From assembly GCA_030704615.1 (NCBI GenBank), contig CM060733.1:6758001-6822000 (forward strand): DNA of 64,000 nucleotides. Reading direction: 5' to 3'. Source of the DNA: Takakia lepidozioides (Eukaryota; Plantae; Bryophyta). How positions within the stretch are numbered: the first letter of the stretch is position 1; each line of letters begins with the position of its first letter. Of this stretch, positions 38,358 to 51,030 are shown one piece after another. The notes below the pieces were generated by a model that searched no databases, was not told the DNA's origin, and saw only the letters and a program-made list of their open reading frames with translations. Both the position numbers and the translations under genes were made by a program.

Positions 38358-41300
38358 GTCCGGAGTAAATTTGCAACTTTGTGGCGAACACTGCAGGAGC
38401 CTGCATACTTTTCATGAGTTCACTTTTCAAGAAGGAGAGAGAAACATAAGCGAGAAACATGTTACAAACCATACTGTGTAGGGGCAGGATAGCTAACAGT
38501 TGTCAGCATACATGACGTATGAGATTAATTGCTGCGCACATGCATAGTAACCTTGTCAAATGCTCTAGATAGAGGGAAAATTCTCATGTGCCACACGAGC
38601 CTCATAAGTTGTGTACATCCTTTGCCCAATTCTTGGGGATAAGCCTAAGTAGCGCTGGTACCGATGCTAATTGGGTTTGTGAAGAAGAAGAAAAGTTATG
38701 CAGCTGTGAATATCCTAACCAGACAGAGGTGATGGGGAGCTTGCGCTCAGCTTGCGACTAGCAAGATCTAGCTCCATTTTAGGTCACTCAATTTGACAGA
38801 TATGTGAGGTCTGTGATACCAACCACCTTCTATTGACAGTCAACGGCATACCGTATATCCCTCATTTAGAAGCAATACAAGTACAGAGCTCACGCTCCCC
38901 ATCATGAGCCTGCATAGTAGCAAAGGTAGCACCCGTAATTAAGCATGCCAATACAAGGGGAGGCCCAACCTTCACATAATTGGGCTACTTTGCTCATCCT
39001 TGGGTAAGGCCTGATCCTAAAGTTCCTCTTAGAAATCTACCACACCTGGAAGGTTTGGTGAATGCCCACTTGACAAATGAGATTACGAAGCAGGGGTCAA
39101 TGGCGACCGCGTAACCACTGATCATCCCACCTTTCCACAGCAGTGTTGACTTGGGGGAAGTCTGCAGCAAATGCGTGGAAAGTTGTAGAGAAACATTTCT
39201 AAGGATGTGATGCTTTCCGGTGCTGACACCAGCTACTCTTCACTGATATCACCGTCGTTATGCTACACTTGGTATTATGGGCAAAATTAAGGACTATACA
39301 TATGGTATAGGTATGAAGTTGGGCTGGTGCACAGTTCAGGGGTCATTGCATGTCCAGCACCCGGGCCCACCACACTTTTTCATTTTTTAGCACATGTCGG
39401 TAGGGCAATGTCGATTTGGCACCACTCTTTTTCATTTTTTAGCACATGTCGGTAGGGCATGTCGATTTGGCATTGACAACCTTAGTGCTAATTTTAAAGA
39501 ATGGGCCAATAAGAGGAGAACCTCATTGCACATGCTGGCATGTTCGACATTAGGCTTGCAATCAGTTTTTCTTTAACAAAGTTCGCTTCACTTTGCGTAT
39601 TAAAATCCGCAACAACATTATTATGCAATGCAAAGTCTGAATTTTGCAACAGAATATTTACTTTGTGAAATCAAGTACTTATGCTTCTAAATTAAAGGCA
39701 TATTAATGATTTGGTGGTTATTTTAATTTTTTTTTAATTTTATATGCAGGTTTATAACCGGCTCGTATTACGATTGAAATACCCGTCCTATAATACCCAT
39801 CCACAAATAAATACTCATACTACTATTGAGAACCGGCTGATATTATAATTAATTGAATATATATATATATATAGGTTAACAGGGGATTAGTGCCCATGTT
39901 AACTTTAAAATATTTCAATACTATGGAACAGGCTGGTATTGAGAAATATATATTTTTCAATACCAGGACCTAGCTGGTATTAACAAATGTAATACCCGCC
40001 CAACACTGGTTTATACCAGCAACGAGCTGACTAGAGCCCACGGCTCTAAAGCTGTATCATGTTGTCTAGGGAAAATGTCATGTCAATCCATCAAGGGCTC
40101 GTTCCACTGACTCGTCTGTCAATGCACGGGCATTTCAAGTGAAGATGGGGAACTTGGGAAAGTCCAGTCTCGGCACTTGAACTTGCGCGCAAATATGTCT
40201 CCCCTCGCTCCGTAATCACAAAACTGTAAAGCAACGTTTAGTTTGTGTGATGTGGTTGATTACTTACACATGCACCGAAGAGGCACAAAGAAACGTTGGT
40301 TTGGAAGAGAGTTGCAGCACCTAGACAAACTGTGTAGGGCCGGAGAGAGCAACCGACGACATGGCCGCACAGCAAGGACATAAGCACCATCGCGTTAAAT
40401 CGACCCTCCCGACTACTGCTGATAACAAGGTCCTCTTTGTCTTCGGAGTAAATTTGAAACTTTGTGGCAATCAATGCAGGAGCCTGCATACCTTCAGATG
40501 AGTTCACTTTTCAAGAAGGAGAGAGAAACATAAGCGAGAAAGATGTAAATAATACTGTGGGGGCAGGATAGCTAACACTTGTCAGCATATGAGATTCTTG
40601 TCACTTGCAAAAATTCTCATGTGCCACATGAACCTCATAAGTTGTGTACATCCTTTGTCCAAATCTTGGGGATAAGCCTAAGTAGCACTGGTTAGTACCG
40701 ATCCTGATTTGGTTTGTGAAGAAGAAGCAAAGGTATGCAGCTGTGAATATCCTGATCAGACGGAGGTGATGGGGAGCTTGCGACTAGCAAGATATAGCTT
40801 CATTTCAGGTCACTCACTTTGACAAACATGTGAGATCTATGATACCAACGACATGCACCTTCTATTGACAGTCAACGCGTACAGTATATCCCTCAATTAG
40901 AAGCAATACAATTACAGAGCTCACGCTCCCCATCTCCAATGAGCCTGCAGAGTAGCAAAGGTAGCACCCGTAACTAGGCAGGCCCATACAATTAGGGGAG
41001 GCCCAACCTTCACATAATTGGGCTACTTAGGTTAACCTTGGCTAAGAGCATCTCCAACGGTGGCCTCTAAATCTGCCCCGCTATTGAAGCTATGGCGGCC
41101 CACATGGCGTGTCTCTGAAAATGAACCGTAGCTGTGGCCCACCCATTCACATTAAGTTCTCCCCTCCATAACAGGCACAAACCACGTGTTGGACGTGGGT
41201 TGTGTGCACATAGTACGTGTTGCGCGCTGCCATGAGTGACACAATGACCTTGAGAATTTGGTCGAGCCCATGCCTTGCCATCCCGAGCTCCTAAAGAGTC

Positions 41301-41870
41301 AACATTCGTTGACTTTCGAGTGCCGTGAGCATTGACTTCTGAGCTCCTGGACAGTCAACATTCGTTGACTTCCGAGTGTCGTGAGCATTGACTTCCGAGC
41401 TCCTGGACAGTCAACATTCGTTGACTTCCGAGTGCCATGAGCATGTGCAAGCCCTGCATCCTCCACCAAATTGGTGGTAATGTTTGGGATTTTAGGGGGC
41501 GTGGCTTAAGTGTCGTGCAGGGTGACCGCTGGGGTGCAGCTTCGAGCAACTTCAGCGACGACATCTGCAGCTTGCCGTTGCAGCGCGGCATGCCGTGACC
41601 GCTGGAGATGCTCTAAGGCGTGATCCTAAAGTTTATGTTACAAAGATCCCACACCTGCCTAGTGAGCCAGGGAGAAGGTTGTATGTCAACGTCAACACTG
41701 GCCATGTTGACCAGCAATCGTTCTTATCACCAAAGGGGTCCACTCCATCTAAGGCCAAGTAGCATCAATGTGTTTCCAATGGTGAATGCCCACTTGACAA
41801 ATGAGATTTGACGAAGAAGGCCGGGTCGATGGGGGGGATCAAAGTGACAGCATCCTTGCGTAACCACTGC
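38358..41870. repeat. Local direct duplication of the RLK upstream region (~38358-39115 and ~40442-41870)
   Basis: Collinear matches such as GAGTTCACTTTTCAAGAAGGAGAGAGAAACATAAGCGAGAAA and GGGGAGGCCCAACCTTCACATAATTGGGCTACTT. Confidence 0.9.
41046..41613. mobile_element. PIF/Harbinger (Tourist-like) MITE, TSD TAA, internal ~54-bp tandem repeats
   Basis: TIRs GAGCATCTCCAACGG / CCGCTGGAGATGCTC with TAA on both sides. The empty site is visible in the paralogous copy at ~39005. Confidence 0.92.
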
Positions 41871-44427
41871 GTGACACATGAAGGTAGTTTGCTCCTATAT
41901 TAATGAGACGGCCTGACAGTCCTTATGAGACCAGCCTCATAACGACTGAGGCCACACAAAATTCTGAGCCGTGCATTGTGGGAACCACCATTGGCACACA
42001 TTTGCATTCAGTGTGGCCCGACTATTATTAGTGGTGAGTCCAACCCACATGTTTGATGTCATAAAGATAAAGGTGTCCACCTTCCAACCATGAGGGAGTA
42101 CTAGCCGTTCCCCATCAAGTCACACTATAAACTATGCTTGTTGTGGTAGCACGTTCACATTTATTAGTTCCTCATTTAAAAATGGAGACAACATCACTGG
42201 CATAAATCACTAAGCCCCTCTTGTGCCTTCCCAGTTGTTACCAGTGTTGGGAGGTTCTTTGATTTAGCTACAAATCCCCGGAGATCAAGGTTATACGGAC
42301 CTCAGGCTCTGCAAAAAACAACTTGTGATTGCACGACGCTGGATATGGCTGATCGTAGCACTAAGTGCCTCTTGATCTTTTTTCTTAGGCCTTAAGTAGG
42401 TGTTAAAGGCTGCAGGCCTTGTTAGTTCGGATTACACTCTGCGAGAGTGGCATGGTCTCCCCTTCACTGACTACGTTGTGTGTGCCTTATGGTGTAATCG
42501 AGGGTTATAATTTTTTTTCCTCTAATAATTCAAATAAAATTCCCAGGGTCTCATTCCTGTTCTTAATATATATATATATATATACCATCCACAATAAAGT
42601 TGAAAATACATCCATTTATTTCTCATAAGTTGTTCAATGAGAGTAGTTTTCAGCAAACCGAAGGAGGTAACAAATGAGTGTTGGCCGATTATCTGATTTT
42701 TTTCATAACCTCTGGTTCCGGTTTCTACAAAATCCAGATCTAGTATGACGGTTTTCAGGCTGGTTATCTCAAAACTACATAATAGGCGGTTATGAGCCTT
42801 TGCCGGTTCTTTGTTTTTTTGAGAACCACGGTTATATACTATGCTCAAGGAAAGGTGAGCTTGGAGGCCTTTGATGATTGCTTGACGTGCTTCCAATTGA
42901 TGTCTCTGTCAAATTCCGGCGAAGCTGTGAATTGTGGCGGGGCTGTATGTGGCGGCTGTTTGTGGCGGGGCTGTAGCATATGATGCCGATTCTCCCCATG
43001 TCGAGGTAACCTTGCGTGGAGCGAAGGTCTGTGGTACAAGCTCACGCTTGCACCATCTTTTGCACGTTAGCTAGTCTTTCCCCTCTTAACGATAAATGTG
43101 CCACTGCGGACCGCATGCTACCAAAGGGACAATCTCATCAAAGTGACCCGAGTATTTAGTGAAATTTCTGTCTTACAAGAGCTTATCGCTAGAGCATTGT
43201 CATTGCAGTTCGGAACACTTCCACTGCTTAATAGCTGAAGTGAAGATCACGGCTGTAGCACATAAGAATCTTATGTCTCGATTTCTACAAGCAGTTCCAG
43301 GGAGTTCTGCAGTGCAAGCACAGTCTCACGCCTGGAGACTATATCTAGTGTTAAGGGCGTCGTTGTCTCCTGCAGGTCTGGCATTATCCAAAGGGGAGCA
43401 CGAGTTTGTTGCTCCCAACGGGACACCGGAAACCGCATTGCAGGTATAATCTATTTCAGATATCGTCTCTTCCATGTTGAGGTGTCCATTATTTAACCAC
43501 GCACAAATTTATGGGCCCTCCAGCAACCTCTCCCACTAGTTCGTACTGGGGATGTATCCATATATATGGGACCTAGAGCTATTAATCAACTGTCGATCAT
43601 CAGTAAGTTGAAATCAGAATCAAAATTAATAATCATAATCTCCTACACAAATCTAAGTTTGGTGGCTGATCAGCTTCCAGTTTTCACTTTGCTTCAGCCA
43701 TTAATGGATTCGAAAAGTACCACGATCACAACTATACCTGCATATCTAAGTCTACATTTACTTTCTCTTGTACAAGGACATGTCCTTCCATATTCTTCTC
43801 AATCGAAAATCACGAACGGCATGTAAAGCCCAACTTCTTGAAATTAACGCAAGTTTGTGTTTGTTTGTGTTTGATTGGAGGACCTTACACACGGTCACGC
43901 AAACTCTCGTTGCCTGCTGGGACGACCAGTACCACCAGTACCAATCCACAACCCCACCCCACGAACTCCACCCGCTTTTGGAACACCCTTCTGAAAGGTG
44001 AAGCCTCTACCCTGTGAATTAGTCCTGTTGCCTGTGCAGTGCGAGTACAGGAAGTGCAGTGGCTGTAACTAATTTAGTCTCACTGACGAGTAAGCACTTA
44101 TACTACCGTACTTTGCTGTCAGATTCGACAGCAGTGCCGAAAAAAATATTTTTTTGGAGGCTGAGTCCATTCGGCACATCATATTTTATGGAAGATAATA
44201 GGAATAATGTAAGAACTTAATGCAAGCGTGTCAGGACGGTCCAGCTCTGACACCCGTACCGCCGGTTCTTCGCCTCCGGCAGACATCGAAAGGCAACCGG
44301 CTGGGCTCGGTCAATCCCTCCCCACCCCCGCTCTCATCCCATCGGCGTCGTCGCCCCAGGCGCGTCGTCGCCCCCTATGTCGTCGTTCTGCGACACCAGT
44401 CCGCCGCTTCCAGCAGTCCGCCAGTTC

Positions 44428-47110
44428 TCTGTAACCCCCGCCCCGGGTTCAACCATCACCCCTATGTAACCCTCTGTAACTCCGCCGAGTGTAACCCACA
44501 CCACCATGTAACCCTCTGTAACCCATATAACCCCATGACCCTCTGTAACCCTCACCACCATGTAACCCTCTGTAACCCATGTAACCCTCTATAACACCGC
44601 AGAGTGTCACCCCCACCTCTATGTAACCCTCACTATATGTAACCCTCTGTAACACTTTGCAACCCATGTAACCCTCTGTAACCCATGTAACCCTCTGTAA
44701 CACCGCAGAGTGTAACCCTCACTTCATGTAACCCTCTGTAACCCTTTGTAACCCATGTAATCCTCTGTGAACCTCTGTAACCCATGTAACCCTCTGTGAC
44801 CCTTTGTAACCCTCTGTAACACCGCAGAGTGTCACCCTCACTCCATGTAACCCTCTCTGACCCTCTGTAACCCTCACCACCATGTAACCCTCTGTAACCC
44901 ATATAACCCTCTGTGACCCTCTATATCCCTCACCAGGTGTAACCCTTGTAACACCGCAGAGTGTCACCCTCGCCACCATGTAACCCTCCGTAACCCTCAC
45001 AAACCCTCTGTGACACCGCAGAGTGTCACCCTCATCCCATGTAACCCTCACTCCATGTAACCCTCACAAACCCTCTGTAACACCGCAGAGTGTCACCCTC
45101 GCCACCATGTAACCCTCCGTAACCCTCACAAACCCTCTGTGACACCGCAGAGTGTCACCCTCATCCCATGTAACCCTCACTCCATGTAACCCTCACAAAC
45201 CCTCTGTGGCTCTGTAACCCATGTAACCCTCTGTAACACCGCAGAGTGTCGCCCTCACCCCTTATGTAACCCTCTCTCCATGTAACCCTCTCTGACCCTT
45301 TGTAACCCTCACCACCATGTAACCCTCTGTAACACCGCAGAGTGTCACCCTCACCCCTATGTAACCCTTATTCCATGTAACCCTCTCTGACCCTCTGTAA
45401 CCCTCACCACCATGTAACCCTCTGTAACCCATGTAACCCTCTGTGACCCTCTATATCCCTCATCAGGTGTAACCCTTACCACCATGTAACCCTCTGTAAT
45501 ACCGCAGAGTGTCACCCTCGCCACCATGTAACCCTCCGTAACCCTCACAAACCCTTTGTGACACCGCAGAATGTCACCCTCATCCCCATGTAACCCTCAC
45601 AAACCCTCTGTGGCTCTGTAACCCATGTAACCCTCTGTAACACCGCGGAGTGTCACCCTCACCCCTTATGTAACCCTCACTCCATGTAACCCTCTGCAAC
45701 CCATGTAACCCTCTGTGTAACCCTCACCACCATGTAACCCTCTGTATGTCACCCTCACCATGTAACCCTCACTCCATGTACCCTCTCTGACCCTCTGTAA
45801 CCCTCTGTAACCCATGTAACCCTCTGTGACCCTCTATATCCCTCACCAGGTGTAACCCTTACCACCATGTAACCCTCTGTAATACCGCAGAATGTCACCC
45901 TCGCCACCATGTAACCCTCCGTAACCCACACAAACCCTCTGTGACACCGCAGAGTGTCACCCTCATCCCCATGTAACCGTCACTCCATGTAACCCTCTGT
46001 GACCCTCCGTGGCTCTGTAACCCATGTAATCTTCTGTAACACCGTAGAGTGTCACCCTCACCCCTTATGTAACCCTCTGTAACCCATGTAACCCCCTGTG
46101 ACCCTTTGTAACCCTCACCACCATGTAACCCTCTGTAACACCGCAGAATGTCACCCTCACCCCTATGTAATCCTCACTCCATGTAACCCTCTCTGACCCT
46201 CTGTAACCCTCTGTAACCCATGTAACCCTCTGTGACCCTCTATATCCCTCACTAGGTGTAACCCTTACCACCATGTAACCCTCTGTAACACCGTAGAGTG
46301 TCACCCCCATCCCTATGCATCCCTCACTCCTTGTAACCCATGTAATCCTTTGTGACCCTGCGTAACCCGTGTAACCCTCTGTGACCCTGTGTAACCCATG
46401 TAACCCCATGTAACCCTCACTCCATGTAACCCTCTTTGACCCTCTATAACCTATGTAACCCTCTGTGTCCCTCTATAACCCTCACCAGGTGTAACCTTCA
46501 CCACCATGTAACCCTCAGTAACCCTCTGTAACACCGTAGAGTGTCACCCTCACCCCTGTGTAACCTCACTCCATATAACCCTCTGTGACCCTCTGTGACT
46601 TTACCTGTAACCCTCACCAGGTGTAACCCTCACCACCATGTAACCCTCCGTAACCCGTTTATCGCTCTGTAGCACCGCTCAGTGTCACCCTCACTCCATG
46701 TAACCCTCCCATGTAACCCTATGTCACCCTCTGTAACCCATGTAACCCCATGACCCTTTGTAACCCTTTGTAACCCATGTAACCCTCTGTTACTCCGCGG
46801 GGTGTAACCCTCACTCCATGTTATCCTGCATCGTGTAACCCCAATGTAAGCTTGTATCATGTTATCCCATATATCCCTCTCCGTGTAACTCCAGTTCCTC
46901 GTAACCCCATCATCCCTGTAACCCTTTGCACGTCAGCCCTTTAGCTCCGCCTCGTGTAACCCTCATTGTGCAACTCTCACATTGTAACCCCACCATGTAA
47001 CCCCGATACTGTATCAATCCCCTCCATGTAACCCCCGATTGTGTCACTCATAGCTCGTGTCACCCCGGATCTTTTATCCCCAACGCATGTCACCCCTGTT
47101 CGTGTAGCCC
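44428..47110 (+). repeat. Left terminal array of TGTAACCC/TGTCACCC motifs
   Basis: Direct reading; higher-order units include CTGTAACACCGCAGAGTGTCACCCTC. Confidence 0.95.
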
Positions 47111-47339
47111 CTTGGTGCCCGGCAAAAATTGGCGGGCTCCAAGAGGTGTCAGATATTTTGAATTCAAACCTGGGTTACACGATTCGGTGACATCAAAACC
47201 CACGTGTAACTCCATCATCGCTCGTCATTTTCACCAGGTGCGTAGACGACGTGCAGTCCCGAGGGCTCCGCTGCGTTGCCCGCGTGTGTTATGCGATTTG
47301 TACTGTACTGGTGGTACTGTTGCTGCTAATGACATGTGC

Positions 47340-49816
47340 TGCCGCGAAAGGTGCTAGACGAGGAACGCAAAGCAGCATTGGAATCAAATGGTTTGAAAGA
47401 TGAGGCGGGAGAACTCACAGCAGTGTAACCCTCCGTCTAACTCACAACAGTGTAACCCTCCGTCCAACTCAAGGCAGTATAACCATCTGTCTAACTGATA
47501 GTGTAACCCTCAGTGTAACAGACAGCACTGCAACCCAATCCATGTAATCCCTCAAGCAACTGACAGTGTAACTCCAAGTGTTACAGGCAGCAATGCACCC
47601 CCTCGTGTAACTGGCAGTTTAACTCTTACTGTGATTCTCAGTGTAACTAGCAGCAGTGTAGCCCGATCCATGAAACCCCTCGTGCATGCAACTTGTAGTG
47701 TGAATTACTGTGTGACTCAGAACATTGTAACTTCTAGCCGTGTACCTGATAGCATTGATTTCTGCGTCTGCATCGTCGACAACAAAAGCATTTGGCCTCC
47801 AATTTGGTTTGCTCTGAAGTAGTCGGTCGCGAAGACGTTTCATCCAGGGGCTCAGGTCAGTCGTTTTGTTTCTCGCTGATATAATATAAGCAACAGGTAT
47901 GCCGTTGAGCCATTCGTCGAACACCATCATGGTATACATTGGGAACTACAATGTCGCAATGGTACAAAAATGAATAAGGTGAGTGTTATAATATTGGCAA
48001 CAGTTGCATGGCACTCACATTTCAGAATGCAATGAAAGGTAAAGCGTGACACGAATACCTTATTTTCGTTGGTCCCAAATGTTGCATCGCAGGATACCAC
48101 ACGGTTGTGTCCCAGGTCGATCATTTTCTGTTTTTGCCACTCCGTTTGTATTCCAATTACGAACTTCAAATCACCTGCCACTGGCGCTGTCTCTTCATGG
48201 TAGAAGAAGACGCTTTCAGGATTGCTATCGACCCACATACGTACACTTTGTGCATCCCGAGGGTTACACTGCTATGAGGTAGACAGAGGGTTACACTGCG
48301 AGCGACACTGCGAGTTACACGGCGTGTCATCCGTAGTCCTGCATGGATTAGGTTGCACTGCTATAGCATGTGAGTTACACTGGGAGCATCGCAGAGGGTT
48401 GTATGGGTTGGGTCGCTCTGAGAGTTACACGGTGTAACATGGATTGCGTTACAGCGTTGCGAGGGGTTATATGTGTTGGGTTACACTGCTGTGAGTTTCA
48501 CTGATAGTTACATGACTAGATGCACGAGGGGTTACATGAGTCACACTACTAAGAGTGGCACTTTGAAGAGTTACACTTCTACGAATTACACTGCGAAGAG
48601 TTCCTCTGATAAGAGTTACACTGACAAGAGTTACACTGATGGATTGGGTGGCATTTGATGTGTGTGCGTGCAGGGAATCGTTTGGGGACGTAGCGATATT
48701 TCTATGCCTTGGCATGTTCGCCGCGCTTGGCTGAAACATTCGTGGTGTAAGATGCCCGATCCATACACTCGCAATGCTGTTTTGAAAACCTTGGCGACGT
48801 AATGTACGGCATTAACGCCTGTGTGGGAGTCACCCCAGAAGAGTGGGCGCTGGAGCGACTGGAAGATTTGAATTATTCCTATCCGTTTGCGCGTGACTTC
48901 CTACGTTACATCAGAATGGAATGGGTCCCAAAACTGAGCATGTGGATCACGGGGCTCGTTATATTCCCCACGCAAGTCAGGATACTAATGCCGCATTGAA
49001 TCTTGGCACGGAAATTTGAAGGCTCGTTTACGCTCGGGAAAGCAAAGGCTTGATGGCAGGAGAATCGATTGGCTGATCAGCGAACTCGTGGGTCCTGTTC
49101 TAACCCACTATTGGTATAGAGATAACTTGAAATCGAAAGGCTTCAAAAGGAATGTACGACAGGAGGAATTTATCAGTAATGTTGTTTGGACTGCAAGGGA
49201 GATCCCTGATGTCAATGTTCATTTGCCCACTGTTCCTGGTCATCCGGCGATTGTGGATAATGTTCAAACGGCCGGTCGAAGCTACACAATCTATGCACCT
49301 GCGACCACCTGGGCTTGTTGCGATTGTCCATGGGCTTTGAAAGGTAACTTGTGCAAACATCAAATCCGTGTTCTTCAATTGATGAAGCCAAATCTGAAGG
49401 AAGGGCTTATTGTGAAGCTCTGTGGCACAAAGCTCGGGACCATTCATGGAGGTCTTCACATGTTGATGAAATCGGAACTTCCAGATATTGATGCAGAGGA
49501 GGAAGTTGTGAATCTAGCAGAGCCTACGAAGTGCTCAGCATCATCCCAGCGTGGTCGGCAGGAGCCATCGGATGTTTCATCAATTGAATCTGAGATGAAG
49601 TCCCTGTCGCTTCTTGGCAATGAGAGTGAAACAATGCGCAAACATTTGCTTGCCGAGCTTCGTTGTGTTCGCGGGAGGCTGTCCACTTTACAAGTTAGAA
49701 TCGACAAAGGTCTGTTGCACCCTCTTCAAGCAGTTCCATTCATAAAAAATGATGATGGAAACAACATGTCCCTTGCCAGGAAAGTAGATTTTGTAGACCG
49801 GTTCCGTAGTAAGTGA
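47340..49816 (+). pseudogene. MULE DDE transposase with SWIM zinc finger; segment ~47415-48258 inverted
   Basis: Minus-strand exons 48258-48059 (GIQTEWQ...CDATFGTN) and 47945-47746 (FVVDDADAEINAIR). Plus-strand exon from 48674: CL-WHVRRAW, DTNAAIESWHGNLK and SWIM CDC...GNLCKH. Confidence 0.85.
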
Positions 49817-51030
49817 CCATTGAGTCCATTGGCAATGACACTTATTTTGTGATCACCAAGTTTAATATGAAGTACATGTCTGTTCATGGGTTGTTTTCAC
49901 TTTGCCATTCCATCCACATTCAACCTATGTAACCCACTCAATGGGACACCCATGGGCCGGGGTGACACACCGCAGGGTTACACTGTCTGGGGTTTCATAA
50001 CGTAACATAGCTCTACTTAGTGTAACTCGCATCTGTGGTACTCCACACAGTGTAACACAGATGAGTGTGAACCTCTTCAGTGTAACTCATTGTGGTGTAA
50101 CTCCAAGTGTAACTGCAATGTAACTATCAACAGTGTAACCCAGTATGTAATCCCATAGAATATTGCTGTCAGTGGTGTAACTCTGAGAATTATAAATCGA
50201 TGAGTACAATGTGACTACAGGGTCTGGGTTAGTCTGTCGGGGTTACATGACCCTTCAATACAGAGTGGGAAGATGCTGAAGTCGAGCACCTTTAGTCACC
50301 AACACTAGCCCCTGTATGTGTAACCCCTCTATGTGTAACCCAATTTGTGTGTAACCCATGGACGTGTAATCCATGAGATAGATAATCATTCCGTTCAACC
50401 TATGTTATGGACCAGTGTAGCCCTCCGGAGTGTAACTTGTTGTTGTGTAACCCCAAGAAGTATGTATCCCGACCACATGTAACCCCCATTGATGTAACCC
50501 CATCGCATGTAACCCATTGTACAATTTGGGGTGCACGCTATAAACCCCGATGCTACATCACCCCATCTTATGTATCCCCACAACACGTAGCCCTTGTATA
50601 GGCAACCCTGCCCACTTTCATTGTGCACAGTGTAACTTAGAACTGTGTAACCCTCTTGAGTGAGTGTCACCCAGAGTGTTGTAACTCCAAGAAGTATGTA
50701 GCCCGACCAGATGTTACCCCCACACTATTGTGACCCCATCGTATGTAACCCATTGTACATAGCCCTCATGTATGTAACCCCATGTAGTATAAATCTGAGA
50801 ACTTCAGTGCACAAACACTTCAGTGCGAAAAAAATAAAAAATAAAACAAATGCGCATAGTCGAGGTGGGGTTATATGCCACGAAAGTATACTGTTTCAGC
50901 AACGTGACCCTGACATAGCCAGGAAGGCCCAACCATGTAACCCTAGGCCCATTGTATGTAACCCATAAGTGTAACCCCACGTTGTGAGACCCAGCATGGT
51001 GTAACCCATCACTTATGTGTGAACCCACAG

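Noticed and set aside
44220-47060. ORFs rich in VTEGYM/GYRGLH (also at 62200-64000) and ORFs in 3640-4300, 7939-8754, 13889-16127 and 18064-18699
   Set aside because: They are translations of tandem repeats.
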